Virus record (IMG/VR): IMGVR_UViG_3300047160_006900
Span: 1 to 64,000 of that record
DNA: 64,000 nt
Strand: one strand, 5' to 3'
Source: a virus
Positions within the stretch are counted from its first letter, which is position 1. Every line of letters starts with the position of its first letter. The position numbers were made by a program, and so were the translations under genes. Shown here piece by piece: positions 1 to 9,988 of the stretch. The notes beneath the pieces were generated by a model that worked only from the letters and a program-made list of their open reading frames with translations, was not told the origin of the DNA and searched no databases.

Positions 1-99
1 ATTTCCACTGTCACAGCGGTCAATCAGAACACCGGAGGCGGCGGAGCCCACCAGAACCTGCAGCCCTATATGGCGCTGAATTACATCGTTCGGTATTGA
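1..99 (+). CDS. 3' end of a tail-collar-domain (tail fibre) protein, partial
   Basis: Frame 1 reads ...NTGGGGAHQNLQPYMALNYIVRY*, the typical C-terminus of tail-collar proteins; not in the ORF track. Confidence 0.75.
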   Translation: MSTVTAVNQNTGGGGAHQNLQPYMALNYIVRY

Positions 100-100
100 T

Positions 101-616
101 ATGGCGACGTTCTCCCAATGGCAATCCAGGGATTACCCCGCTTCTGATGCTCCCTTCCGAGCCGCCGAGGTCGGAGGGCCAGAGCCCTTCTATCACGACG
201 AGCTTGACCGTATCCGGATGCAGTGGCGGCAGACGCCGGAGGCCACGTTTCCAGATGGCTACTTGGGCACGATCAACACCCGGAGGCAGGACCGGCTGCT
301 GGATGGGCTCAAGCAGCGCACACAGAATCGGCCTTATACCCGGGGGATCCACAAGGGCGAGCGCATCGATTACCAGGACTACTTCTGGCCCCCGGAGTTC
401 AACCCGTGGACGGCTTTGCAGCTAGAGGCTCAGGGCAAGAAGTTTGCCCCACCAGGGCTGGGCATGGAGTACGGCCAGAAGCTCGCCAACGACGGGAAGA
501 ACCCCGACAACTGGCGACGGCAGCAGGATGATCCCGACCGGATCGCTCACTTGCGTTCGTTGGCTCCGCCGTGGTCGACCGGTCCCGGTATGGCTGTGCC
601 ATACCCGGGTCGATGA
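101..616 (+). CDS. conserved phage hypothetical protein (PDGYLGT motif)
   Basis: 171 aa ORF starting right after the upstream stop; PEATFPDGYLGTI...HKGERID motifs recalled from BRock-like phages. Confidence 0.7.
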   Translation: MATFSQWQSRDYPASDAPFRAAEVGGPEPFYHDELDRIRMQWRQTPEATFPDGYLGTINTRRQDRLLDGLKQRTQNRPYTRGIHKGERIDYQDYFWPPEFNPWTALQLEAQGKKFAPPGLGMEYGQKLANDGKNPDNWRRQQDDPDRIAHLRSLAPPWSTGPGMAVPYPGR

Positions 617-625
617 GAACATCTG

Positions 626-808
626 ATGATCCCAATCCATCCCAAGCGACGTTTGGTGGCGACCAGGAATCCGGCCTTGGAACCTCAGCAGCATCAGATC
701 AATCGGCTGGGGTACCGGGGCCATACTTTCGGAGAGAAAGTCAATCCTTGGATCCTGGATCAACTCCGGCAGAATGAGCGTTTCAACATGACCGAGCGGG
801 AGTTCTGA
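626..808 (+). CDS. hypothetical protein
   Basis: 60 aa; stop overlaps the next ATG (TGATG). Confidence 0.5.
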   Translation: MIPIHPKRRLVATRNPALEPQQHQINRLGYRGHTFGEKVNPWILDQLRQNERFNMTEREF

Positions 809-1230
809 TGGCGATCCGGGTTGACCCAGATGGGTTTGGATTCGATCTCGATCCCGGTTCGGTCGGGCAGCGTTCCAGTGGTGCCCAGGTTTATGACGAC
901 GGCTGGCGTACTCCGCCGTGGATCGATCGGCCTTGGAAGGATAAGAAGGAGATCGCTGCCTCCGATACTTTGCGGCTGATGTCGATACCGGGCGAGCAAC
1001 TCGCTCAGATCCGTCCGCCCGTTCCCTACGTGCTCTTCCCCGATCAAGAACTTGGATTCGTGAACCAGCCGCTAACGATTGAGGACGTTCTGGATACGGG
1101 TCGGTGGTCTCCGCAGATCCGATCGTGGTTGTCCCCTACGGTGATGCCGAGGACCCGAGCCGACTACCAGGAGAATGCTTGGAGCGGCACGGCGAGAAAC
1201 GTCTCGTCCTCCGTCAACCCCATGCTTTAG
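808..1230 (+). CDS. hypothetical protein
   Basis: 140 aa, translationally coupled to the upstream ORF. Confidence 0.65.
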   Translation: MAIRVDPDGFGFDLDPGSVGQRSSGAQVYDDGWRTPPWIDRPWKDKKEIAASDTLRLMSIPGEQLAQIRPPVPYVLFPDQELGFVNQPLTIEDVLDTGRWSPQIRSWLSPTVMPRTRADYQENAWSGTARNVSSSVNPML

Positions 1231-1237
1231 GAGCCTC

Positions 1238-2644
1238 ATGGCCGTCACGGTTCACTTCCACGCCTTCTATACCGATGCGACGGGTAAGAAGACCGAGATT
1301 CCGGGTTCGCCGTATCCCACGGAGGCGACGGCCGATACGGCGATCTCTTCGTATGAGACGGCTCATCCAGGTACCGGCGGCTACTACACCGAGGAACGTC
1401 GTTTCGACCAGCTTGTTGCCCCGACCCCCACCCCGACCCCGCAGCCTCCTCCGCCGACGGCCGCGTTTTTGGTGGCGACGCTGGCCGCAGCGGCGACCGT
1501 CAACCAGCCCGTCGCCTTCCAGGCCACCCTGCGGAACAGCACCGCATCCCCGGTCCCCGGTCCTGGTATTGGGTTCTACGACACCAGTAACAAGCAGTTG
1601 GGGTGGATGAGTTCGGCCAGTCAGACCGTGGCTCCGGGTGCTTCGATCACGCTCACCAACACCACCGCTGAGAACAAGGCGGACTGGGTACCGACGAGCG
1701 CTGGGGCGGTCAATATCGTCGCCAAGCCGGGGAGCAATGGTAAGGACTCGGATACCGGGGCCTTCCGGCTCACGGTCAACGTGGCCGCAGCGGCTCCTGC
1801 TCCCACCCCGCCTCCGGTTCCGGCGGGGAAACGGGATCAAGCTCTGTGGCCGTTCGTCTCTACTGATCCGTTCAACATGCCTTTCGGCAACGGGGTGACC
1901 TGGACACCGATCCGGGATCGGGGTGGTCTGTACTGCAACATCAACGCCTACTCCATCCCGGTCTACTTTGCTAAGACCACCGACGGCCCCAAGACGTTCA
2001 ACGCCTCGGGTGGTTCGTACGTCGGCAACAACACCATCCCCAACTTCCCCGCCAATGCCCAGTCAGCGGCGGGTACCGACCGGCACTTGTGCATTATCTC
2101 CCCCGACCGGCTCTCCTCCTACGAGATGTGGAACTGCGACGTGGGTGCTGGGACCAGCGGCACGTTCATGAAGGTCGATCTGCGTGGCCCCGGCGTTGGT
2201 CTCGGCTGGTGTCGAGCTACGGGCGTCTCGGTGCTGGCGGGGCTGATTCGTACGACCGAGTTGGCCGCTGGTGTGATCCCGCATGCCTTGGCGATGGCCG
2301 GATCGCAGGGCTGGACCGGGGGCGGTGGGACGCCGTGGCCTGCGATCAGCAATGACGACGGCAGCAGTGGTGAGGGTTCCTGGCTAGGTATTCCCCAGAG
2401 CACGCAGATGCCCGCTGGGTTGAGCCCAGCCCAGCAGGCGATCTTCCATGCCCTCCAAACTTATGGGGGTATGAACGTCGACATCGCCGGATCCAATGTT
2501 CCGGTGATCTACGCCGAGCCGGGAACGCCTGATCCCGGGGATCTATCGAAGTTCGCAGGACTGATCCAGCGGGTGACGAACTACAGCCAGGACAATGTGG
2601 GTGGTCCGGGCACACGGGTAGGCCCCATGGCCCCCGGGTTCTGA
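1238..2644 (+). CDS. virion/surface protein: Pro linkers, CARDB/Ig-like domain, C-terminal putative carbohydrate-active domain
   Basis: AGGAG RBS before ATG 1238; PTPTPTPQPPPP linkers; DRHLCII...YEMW...LAGLIRTTELAAGVIPHALA domain like those of extracellular bacterial proteins. Confidence 0.65.
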   Translation: MAVTVHFHAFYTDATGKKTEIPGSPYPTEATADTAISSYETAHPGTGGYYTEERRFDQLVAPTPTPTPQPPPPTAAFLVATLAAAATVNQPVAFQATLRNSTASPVPGPGIGFYDTSNKQLGWMSSASQTVAPGASITLTNTTAENKADWVPTSAGAVNIVAKPGSNGKDSDTGAFRLTVNVAAAAPAPTPPPVPAGKRDQALWPFVSTDPFNMPFGNGVTWTPIRDRGGLYCNINAYSIPVYFAKTTDGPKTFNASGGSYVGNNTIPNFPANAQSAAGTDRHLCIISPDRLSSYEMWNCDVGAGTSGTFMKVDLRGPGVGLGWCRATGVSVLAGLIRTTELAAGVIPHALAMAGSQGWTGGGGTPWPAISNDDGSSGEGSWLGIPQSTQMPAGLSPAQQAIFHALQTYGGMNVDIAGSNVPVIYAEPGTPDPGDLSKFAGLIQRVTNYSQDNVGGPGTRVGPMAPGF

Positions 2645-2676
2645 CATACTTGGTATTGGGATAAGGAGGTCATCTC

Positions 2677-2961
2677 ATGGCCGTCAACACCAGTCAAAAC
2701 ATGCGGGCCGAGCTAGAGCAGGGCGTGCGGGACGGCACGTACATCCAGTTGAACCCGGGCTGGAGTACCAACACGCCCGCCCCGGTGGAACGGTTGTCCT
2801 GGCCCAACTATCAGCAGGTCGAGCGGCACACGGAAGCTGCCCGGGAGATACTCAGCCAGATCTCTCCCCGTGAGCCCGCCCCCAAGGGGAACCTGTACCA
2901 CACCAAGAAGCCTGGCCCCGATACCAGCGGCACGCTGCTGGGCGATCTGAACGCCAGCTAG
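2677..2961 (+). CDS. hypothetical protein
   Basis: AAGGAGG RBS, 94 aa. Confidence 0.7.
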   Translation: MAVNTSQNMRAELEQGVRDGTYIQLNPGWSTNTPAPVERLSWPNYQQVERHTEAAREILSQISPREPAPKGNLYHTKKPGPDTSGTLLGDLNAS

Positions 2962-2963
2962 TC

Positions 2964-3209
2964 ATGGCTGAACTCAACGCCAAGTCACGGTCCAAGATCC
3001 CCAAGAAGGACTTCGGGCTGCCGGGTAAGGCCAAGACCGCCTCGGCCAAGAAGGAGTCGGGCAACTACCCGATGGAGGACAAGAAGCACGCTGTGGCGGC
3101 CAAGGGCCGGGCCAAGCAGCAGTTGAACAAGGGCAATCTCACCCAGAGCCAGTACAACACCATCGTGACCAAGGCCAACAAGAAGCTGGGTCAGAGCGGG
3201 AAGAAGTAA
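2964..3209 (+). CDS. small basic protein, DUF6582-like
   Basis: LNAKSRSKIPKKDFGLP...YPMEDKKHAVAA pattern, Lys-rich. Confidence 0.65.
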   Translation: MAELNAKSRSKIPKKDFGLPGKAKTASAKKESGNYPMEDKKHAVAAKGRAKQQLNKGNLTQSQYNTIVTKANKKLGQSGKK

Positions 3210-3225
3210 ATGGACTAGGAGGATC

Positions 3226-3423
3226 ATGGCCACCAAGGAGCCTCGTCTACCGCAAGGTCCGGGAAACTATGAACGCATGCGGCCGTTCTTGGACGCTAGT
3301 TGGGGCCGCAACGTCACCCCAGGAGCCATCAAGGGCATGCGGGCCAAGGCTGAGGAGACCGGCGAGGCCAAGGACTGGGACGAGTACGAGGCGTACAACG
3401 ACCTCCGTAAGGAGAAGGACTGA
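3226..3423 (+). CDS. hypothetical protein
   Basis: AGGAGG RBS; stop overlaps the next ATG. Confidence 0.65.
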   Translation: MATKEPRLPQGPGNYERMRPFLDASWGRNVTPGAIKGMRAKAEETGEAKDWDEYEAYNDLRKEKD

Positions 3424-3674
3424 TGTCTGCGTACGGTCTGGGTGGGTCGTATGGCAATCGAACGGAAGACGATCCCAATCGTGGGGTCGACCGTGACTCC
3501 TATGCCCAGGCCGTTGCCAGCCGTTTGCACTATGGACAGAACGTCAGGGCCGCTGATGTGGAGGCAATGGGTCCTGGTGAGTGGTCGAAGCATCCTCTTG
3601 TCGTCAACCGGGGTGGTCTGGTGGATCAAGGCCAGGTCGTGAATGTCCTGAGAGCTTTGGAGAACTACGCCTGA
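3423..3674 (+). CDS. hypothetical protein
   Basis: Coupled on both sides (TGATG). Confidence 0.6.
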   Translation: MSAYGLGGSYGNRTEDDPNRGVDRDSYAQAVASRLHYGQNVRAADVEAMGPGEWSKHPLVVNRGGLVDQGQVVNVLRALENYA

Positions 3675-4297
3675 TGCCCCGCCTCGTCGCCTGCATGATG
3701 TGTGCCAAGATCGAACGTATCCCTGACCCGCCGGATGCCATCCCTCGGGTTCCGGCCCGAGTGGCCTGGGATGATCACGGGGTCGAGCGGGACTACGTCT
3801 TCAAGTACGACGACGGCAGCACGATCATGGTCCCGGAGTACGACCCGGTCTTGGAGGACGTCGTCGCCCGTCACGGGCACAGCCGTCCCGATACCGAGGT
3901 CATGCAGTTCGTCAAAGTGTTCCCGGTCGACCAGTCCACCTACGAGAAGCTCGACGTGGTCACCGAACTCAAGCGGGAGCTAGCGAGCTTGACCGACAAG
4001 CTTTGGGAAGAGGTCGAGCACTACAAGACGGAAGCGCTCAAGTGTTACAACGAGCATCACAACCCGACGTCGTGCATCGACTACCTGGACGACTCCAAGC
4101 GCATCGGTTCCGCTGATATGCCCCGAAAGTATCAGTCATTCCTTTGCCATATGTGCCCGATCCAACAGGCGTACATCTCCCATGAGCAGCGCAAGCGCTC
4201 CGGGCTCTACGACCCCTCCTCGGTGAAGGTCCGGGCGAAGCAGGAGGTCGAGTTCACTCGGAATCACCGCACGCTGCGGAAGTTGAGAGGGAAGTAG
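3674..4297 (+). CDS. Cys/His-rich (probably Zn-binding) conserved phage protein
   Basis: Start MPRLVACMMC at ATG 3674; CxxC at N-terminus, CYNEH...C...CHMCP at C-terminus. Confidence 0.7.
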   Translation: MPRLVACMMCAKIERIPDPPDAIPRVPARVAWDDHGVERDYVFKYDDGSTIMVPEYDPVLEDVVARHGHSRPDTEVMQFVKVFPVDQSTYEKLDVVTELKRELASLTDKLWEEVEHYKTEALKCYNEHHNPTSCIDYLDDSKRIGSADMPRKYQSFLCHMCPIQQAYISHEQRKRSGLYDPSSVKVRAKQEVEFTRNHRTLRKLRGK

Positions 4298-4299
4298 CC

Positions 4300-4596
4300 A
4301 TGGCTTTTCTAGTGCCGGAGTTGTTGGCAGCGGGTGGAGAAGCGGCAGCCGCCGGAGCGGCTGAAGCAGGGGCTGGCGCTGCTGCTGCGGGGGCCGCAGA
4401 AGCCGGGGCAGGGGCCGCTGAGACAGGTGCTGCGGAAGTAGGGACTGAGGCTGCCACAGCAGAGACAGCAGCCGAAGAAACCGGGCAGAGCCGGAACCTT
4501 AACCCGCATCAGTTCAGGGATCATCTAACGTCGTCTACGAGGGCTCCACAACTCAACCCTCGTACAGACTGGAACTCTCCGGGCTACATCGAGTAG
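4300..4596 (+). CDS. Ala/Gly-rich protein, possible internal virion (ejection-type) protein; carries NLNPHQF
   Basis: MAFLVPELLAAGGEAAAAGAAEAG repeats resemble N-termini of phage internal proteins. Confidence 0.55.
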   Translation: MAFLVPELLAAGGEAAAAGAAEAGAGAAAAGAAEAGAGAAETGAAEVGTEAATAETAAEETGQSRNLNPHQFRDHLTSSTRAPQLNPRTDWNSPGYIE

Positions 4597-5094
4597 ATGC
4601 TCTGCGTCATGGCGATCGAGGGGGTCCTGACCGAGGAACTCCCCGTCGGGGCCAACCTGCTGCACTACGAGTCCTCCATACAGGGCAAGGAGTTGTATCG
4701 GATCTTCCAGGACACCACCAGGCTGCTGATGCTGTCCCAAGATCCCGACCGTGACCGGGTGAAGGCCTGGATGGCCCGAGAGCGATTCTCTCGGTATGCC
4801 GACGTCCACTGCTATCCCGAGGACTCCCTCTCCCCCTTCTCATTGTGGAAGGTGGAGCACATTCGGGAACTCATGGGGGTTGGGCATCACATCGCCTTCT
4901 ACATCGACGGTGACCCTACGGCGGTCTCCATGGTCTTGGAAGAGGGGGTTGGAGCCCTGCTAGCCGTGCGTCCTGGCGATACTCCTGGTAAGAAGGACGA
5001 CATGTCATTCACCCCTTGGCTCACACTGGTGGATACCATCGAGGCACAGAACCTGTTGCGGGCGGAGAAGACTGTCGAGGCCGACTATGGCTAA
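4597..5094 (+). CDS. HAD-superfamily-like protein with degenerate motif I
   Basis: VMAIEGVLT at the DxDGVL position; AFYIDGDP...LEEGVGALL at motif IV. Confidence 0.55.
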   Translation: MLCVMAIEGVLTEELPVGANLLHYESSIQGKELYRIFQDTTRLLMLSQDPDRDRVKAWMARERFSRYADVHCYPEDSLSPFSLWKVEHIRELMGVGHHIAFYIDGDPTAVSMVLEEGVGALLAVRPGDTPGKKDDMSFTPWLTLVDTIEAQNLLRAEKTVEADYG

Positions 5095-5815
5095 CCCAGG
5101 CGAGACTCCCGGCTACAGCATGCCGGGGGAACAAGGGGAACAACTGCAGTTTGACTTTGAGGGTACGCCGGATGCTGCCCAGGACGTTCCTTCGGAGCAG
5201 GCCCAGCCCTCGTTCCGTGCTCGATTCCAGAACTACGTTGGGAACTTGAATGTGGGTGCGGGGCTCAACGCTTGGCAGGAGGCTCGCCCTGCTCCTCGTA
5301 GCAACTTCAGCCCGCAGGTTCAGGCAGGGCTCAATGCGTTCGATCCCACTGGCAGGGCGTTGGGTGCAGCCGAGACGGCGGCGTGGGCGTTTAAGGGCCG
5401 TCGTACGACATCGACTTACTCCCCATACCGTGAGCAGACAGTGTATGGCGGGGTACAGCGTGATGCCATCCCCACCTCCCGGATCAGTATGCGATCCCCT
5501 GGTGGCGGACAAGGGGCTGCTCAGGAACGGATGGAGCGGCAGCGCAACGTGCTCAACGAGCAGGAGTTGTACCCCTCTCCGGCTGAGGGTGGATCGAGCA
5601 ACGCCGCTGGTGGGGCTCCGCAGGGACTTCCTCCCGGGACTGGGTTTGACCCGGTGACCACCTCACCCATGCACATGGGCGGCATGATGAGCGACCCCCG
5701 TACCCAGCGGTTCGGGATGGAAGACCCGTTGTTCGCCAAGAACACCGGGGCCATGCCCTTCAACCAGGCTCAGTTCGGGGACCTGCATCAACGGTCTGTA
5801 GCTGGCGGATCGTGA
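5087..5815 (+). CDS. hypothetical low-complexity protein (QLQFDF near N-terminus, FNQAQF near C-terminus)
   Basis: 242 aa, overlaps both neighbours. Confidence 0.6.
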   Translation: MANPGETPGYSMPGEQGEQLQFDFEGTPDAAQDVPSEQAQPSFRARFQNYVGNLNVGAGLNAWQEARPAPRSNFSPQVQAGLNAFDPTGRALGAAETAAWAFKGRRTTSTYSPYREQTVYGGVQRDAIPTSRISMRSPGGGQGAAQERMERQRNVLNEQELYPSPAEGGSSNAAGGAPQGLPPGTGFDPVTTSPMHMGGMMSDPRTQRFGMEDPLFAKNTGAMPFNQAQFGDLHQRSVAGGS

Positions 5816-7146
5816 CCAGGATCTACCTGGCGGGGGCGGAGAGCGTTACCCACCAGGAGCTTCTGATCTCCTGTCAGGTCCAGCGGGTGGGGGTGAACGT
5901 CACCTCCCTGTTGCGGCGTCGGAGTGACACCTGGGTTCTTGACCTGCCCTATCCAGGCTGGGGTTGGGTGGCGTATAGCGACAGTGATTCCACCATCGAG
6001 GACTTGGACTGGGTGTGTGAGCGGGTCACCATCCCGCCGACCTGGGTGATCGGTCCGGAGTCGTGGAGCGCCACCAAGGGCTATCTCCCGGTGTGGAACG
6101 GTGACGGCCCCATCAGCGAGGTGTTGGTCCAGGGCTCTCCCGGGATGATGGTCATCGACCGGGTGTTCAAGGACAAGCAACTGAATCGTCGTGCGCTGGC
6201 TGCCCGCAGCGTTGGAAAGATCCTTGGAGCCATCACCGGAAGTATCGATACGGGTATCGGTCGGTATGACCTGATCATCTCCGGCTCCTGGTGGTCCAGC
6301 TTCAAGTTCGGGGAGACGCAGATCTGGGATGGCAACCGCATGCACCGCTACGGAGCGGAGCGGAGGGCTGAAGTACGAACTCGTCATCGAAAGCACATCG
6401 AGAATCTTGGAGTGGATGCCGACAAGATCTTAGAAGGTGATCCGGATGAGTCTGCTCGTCTCGCTATTGTTAGCTGGCAATCGTTTGAAAATGATCTGAG
6501 CGGACCGCCTCCAGTATCAGCCCCACCCGTAGCAACTATCGACCCAGACGACGTGCTGGTATCTGTCGGTTCTGCTCCGGCTCCTATTGCTACGACTGCC
6601 ACCCAACCCCGGCTCCAGACGGTCCTGCCCGTGGTGAGCATCGGTAGCATCACGGCGACCGAGCGGCACGGCGATGGTACGGAAACCTTGGAGCACCAGG
6701 CGGTACTCCAGAGCGTCTCAGAGACCATCAGGGCGTGCGACAACTGCTTCCTGGGCAGTGCGGGCTGCCCTGGCTTCCAGCCCGGTCAAACGTGTGCCTA
6801 CAGCATCCCGGTGGAGATCCGCAGTAAGGATCAGCTCCAGGGCGTGCTCACCGCGATGATCGAACTCCAGACGCAACGTGTTCTGCAGGCACGGTTTGCG
6901 GAGGAAGTGGCCGGTCAGGAACTCACCCCGGAGGTGGGCCGGGAGATGGACCGGCTCTTTGGAGCGGTCGAGAAGATGCGAGACATCATGGACAACCGGG
7001 ACTCCATCAAGATGACGGTCGAGGCCCGGGGTCGCAGTGGTGTCCTGTCCAGGCTCTTCGGAGACCGGGTCGGCACCAACGCCAAGATGTTGGCCGAGCC
7101 GGTCGAATCCGAAGAGGTCTTGGACGCCGTCCTGGAAGGCGACTAG
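5812..7146 (+). CDS. TGT/DpdA-like N-terminal domain (degenerate) fused to a 4-Cys plus helical C-terminal domain
   Basis: RIYLAGAE start and SGSWWSSFKFGETQIWDG resemble the phage TGT-like xDSxSW...YG motif; CDNC...C...C; GVLSRLFG. Confidence 0.5.
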   Translation: MTRIYLAGAESVTHQELLISCQVQRVGVNVTSLLRRRSDTWVLDLPYPGWGWVAYSDSDSTIEDLDWVCERVTIPPTWVIGPESWSATKGYLPVWNGDGPISEVLVQGSPGMMVIDRVFKDKQLNRRALAARSVGKILGAITGSIDTGIGRYDLIISGSWWSSFKFGETQIWDGNRMHRYGAERRAEVRTRHRKHIENLGVDADKILEGDPDESARLAIVSWQSFENDLSGPPPVSAPPVATIDPDDVLVSVGSAPAPIATTATQPRLQTVLPVVSIGSITATERHGDGTETLEHQAVLQSVSETIRACDNCFLGSAGCPGFQPGQTCAYSIPVEIRSKDQLQGVLTAMIELQTQRVLQARFAEEVAGQELTPEVGREMDRLFGAVEKMRDIMDNRDSIKMTVEARGRSGVLSRLFGDRVGTNAKMLAEPVESEEVLDAVLEGD

Positions 7147-7149
7147 CAA

Positions 7150-7728
7150 CTATCCCAGGTTGGAAGGGCTCACGTATCCCTGCGGTAGGCAGGATCCGTT
7201 GATGTCCTGGTAGCCGGGACCGCAGAGATTGCTTGGAGCGAGCGGCACGGTCGTGACCACCGCCGGGTTGTCCTGGTAGAACGGGTCGGGGGCGGTTCCC
7301 CACTGCCACAACCCTGCCGGGAGCATGATCAGCGTCGCCACGAAGAAGGCGATGTAAATCGTCCAGGCGAGGAAGGTATGGGCCTGGGTCTTGGTGGGAT
7401 CGAACTTGGGGCTGCGGAGTTTGTGGAGCCGAACGACCCAGTACGTGGCCACGGCCATCGCCATCATCCCCCAGAGATGGAGGATCCACGACTGGGGGGC
7501 GATCACCCCGAGGAATCCTACGAAGTAGAGGATGGGGACGGCGAAGACGGAGTAGGCGGTTTTGACCCCGACCTCCGTGCCGTAGGCCAGGGCAATCTCA
7601 GGGTCCACGCCTTGAACCGCAGCCCGACGAGCGGCCTTGTTCGCTGCGCTGCTCCCCACCAAGATGTTGGTGATGGAGACCCGCTTGTCGGGTGCCCGGA
7701 AGAAGTACTCACCGATGAGGCCCATCAT
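7150..7728 (-). CDS. membrane protein (about 3 TM segments)
   Basis: AAGGAG RBS before ATG 7728; hydrophobic stretches VFAVPILYFVGFLGV, LWGMMAMAVATYW, FLAWTIYIAFFVATLIML. Confidence 0.7.
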   Translation of the reverse strand: MMGLIGEYFFRAPDKRVSITNILVGSSAANKAARRAAVQGVDPEIALAYGTEVGVKTAYSVFAVPILYFVGFLGVIAPQSWILHLWGMMAMAVATYWVVRLHKLRSPKFDPTKTQAHTFLAWTIYIAFFVATLIMLPAGLWQWGTAPDPFYQDNPAVVTTVPLAPSNLCGPGYQDINGSCLPQGYVSPSNLG

Positions 7729-7819
7729 GGGCTCCTTGGTCTCTTGGAACGATTCTTGGAGGGCCTGGTCTTGAGGTGGGGGACCAGGCCTTGGAACGCT
7801 TCCTGGTCCCTCACCAGAC

Positions 7820-9988
7820 TCACCCCATCCCGACGAGCATCGCTTCCAGTGCCCGTGGGATGTCGAACAGGTCCCCGATCTTGTACGCCTCGTCGGCGGA
7901 GACCTTCTTCGCCAGGGCGGGGTAGGGCTCCATGGACTCCCCCCCACTCCAGGTGTTGAAGTAGAAGACCATGCTGTGCATGTTGTCGTGCGGGTGACGC
8001 TTGAGCACGTCGTTGTCCGTCCACGCCCCGTCGGTCATGATCAGGACGAGGTGGTGCTTCTGCGGGCGCTCCTTGTCCAGCACGGCGTCGAAGGCAGCCT
8101 GGGGGTTGGTGCCCCCGTGGTACCCCACCGTGGGGCAGTCGTTGGCGATCTCGTCCACGCCCCAAAGGTTCCAGGCCCCGTCGTCAAACAGGGTGACATC
8201 GCAGGGGATCCCGATGTGCTCGCAGGCGACCTTGGACGCCCAGGCCGCTGCCCCCAGCTTCTCGGTGAACCCGTCCATGGACAGGCTCACGTCCAGGAAG
8301 ATGGACACCGCCATGTCGTTGCCGGGGTCTCCGGCCTCGGTGTACTGGCGGAAGAACTCCATGTCACCGGGCTGACGGGTGCGGTAGCGGATGGGCTCCA
8401 GGACCCCCCGACGCTGACCGGACTCCCAATGCGGGGCCGAATCGGCGTTGGCAAGTTCAAAGGCCCGGATGAGGTCATCGATGATGACCCGTGCGTCGCT
8501 GACCAGGACATCGTCTTGGAGGGTCTCGTCCCGACCGGGGTAGGCGGGGAGCGTGCCGGGGTCTAGGGTGTAGGCGTCGTTCATGGCCTTGAGGTCGTCG
8601 TTGACGGCCTCGTCCTGGGACAGGTCGTCCAGGGTGTCCTGGAGGTCGTCCTGGATCTCCTTGACCGACTGCCGACGGTCCCGCTCTTCGTTGTCCCAAC
8701 GGTTGGCTTCCTCGACGTGGCCGTGACCGGCGTCGTCGGGGCTGGTGGGACGGTGGCTACCCTCGTCCTCGTCGTCGGAGTCCTTGGAACCACCCTCGCC
8801 GTCCTCGTCGGAGTCCTTGGAACCCTCTTCGTCGGCCTCGTCGTCTTCCTCGGCCTCGCCGGGGGCATCGTCCTCGACCTTGCCGGGAAAGCCACCGAGG
8901 GGCTCGCCCTCGTTCTTGTCTCCGGTCTCCTCGATCTTGTTGGTGGTGTTCGGGCGGGGAGCTTCGCCCTGGCCCTCGCCGCCCCACCCGTGACCGCCCC
9001 ACCCGCCGTCGGTGATCTCGCCACCGTCGGGGGTCATGAGGCTGTGGAACTCAGCCACGGCGTCCAGCATCTCCAGCACGGTGGTGGCCGTCTGGTAGCG
9101 CTCGACGGCGGTTTGGACGGCCTTGGGGTCGATTCGCTGGAAGAAGGGGTCCCGCTTCCACATCTTGAGGGCCTCACGGCGAGTGGCTGCGGGCAAGTAC
9201 TTCCGGCCAGCGACCAGGCTCCAGGCCCCCGCCTGCTCACGGGTGTGGCCGATGATCCGGCGCAGCACCAGCACGCTGAGGTAGTTGGCGAGGTGGGGAG
9301 ACTCCTCCACCAGGGCCATTTCCATGCGCTGGTCCTCCAGGGCGTTCCAGGCGTGGTGGAAGGAGGGGTCAATGGCCCAGACCGGCCAGGCCTGGTTGTT
9401 CTCGGCGTCCTCGTTCTCGGGCTGATATGTGGTGAGGCGGCTGTTCTTGGCTGCGTCGTGAGACCAGCCTTGGATCCATCCCAGGGTCAGCAGTTCGGGC
9501 AGCGGAATCGAGAACAACACATGGCCCACTTCGTGGTAGAAGAGGCCACGGGTCTCGGCTGAGATCTGCCGCAGCGTCTCGGGGCTCAGGTCGTCGTGGA
9601 CCCGCTTGCCGTCCTCGGTCTTGACGAACGTGTTGAGCCGCTTGTCGTAGTTCACCACGATCCGATGGAAGTCGGTGTAGGCACTGATCCTCTCCGCAGC
9701 CGAGAGGCTGATCGGCAGACGCAGGCCCCACGTCGACATCACGGCGTTGAGCCGGGGCGTGAGTCCGTTCGCCACCATGTTGATGCGGCGGTTGCTCTCC
9801 AGGTTGCGGGCCTTGTTGTCGGCCTGACGCAGGTCCCGACGGGCGTCTGCGATCTCCTGCTCCGCCCGGTCAGCGGCCTCCTGGGCCAACTTTCGGCGTG
9901 CCTTGTTGTGAGCGTTCTTGGCGACCTCGCTGTTCCACATCTTCGGACGTGCCCTGCGAGGGGTGGGAGTGGCTCCTGAAGTGGTCAT
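7820..9988 (-). CDS. CobT-like protein: HExxH metallopeptidase-like domain, acidic linker, C-terminal vWA domain
   Basis: FYHEVGH, WNALEDQRME, D/E-rich linker, MIDAS DVSLS...GGT...MTDG; likely leaderless start at ATG 9988. Confidence 0.85.
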   Translation of the reverse strand: MTTSGATPTPRRARPKMWNSEVAKNAHNKARRKLAQEAADRAEQEIADARRDLRQADNKARNLESNRRINMVANGLTPRLNAVMSTWGLRLPISLSAAERISAYTDFHRIVVNYDKRLNTFVKTEDGKRVHDDLSPETLRQISAETRGLFYHEVGHVLFSIPLPELLTLGWIQGWSHDAAKNSRLTTYQPENEDAENNQAWPVWAIDPSFHHAWNALEDQRMEMALVEESPHLANYLSVLVLRRIIGHTREQAGAWSLVAGRKYLPAATRREALKMWKRDPFFQRIDPKAVQTAVERYQTATTVLEMLDAVAEFHSLMTPDGGEITDGGWGGHGWGGEGQGEAPRPNTTNKIEETGDKNEGEPLGGFPGKVEDDAPGEAEEDDEADEEGSKDSDEDGEGGSKDSDDEDEGSHRPTSPDDAGHGHVEEANRWDNEERDRRQSVKEIQDDLQDTLDDLSQDEAVNDDLKAMNDAYTLDPGTLPAYPGRDETLQDDVLVSDARVIIDDLIRAFELANADSAPHWESGQRRGVLEPIRYRTRQPGDMEFFRQYTEAGDPGNDMAVSIFLDVSLSMDGFTEKLGAAAWASKVACEHIGIPCDVTLFDDGAWNLWGVDEIANDCPTVGYHGGTNPQAAFDAVLDKERPQKHHLVLIMTDGAWTDNDVLKRHPHDNMHSMVFYFNTWSGGESMEPYPALAKKVSADEAYKIGDLFDIPRALEAMLVGMG

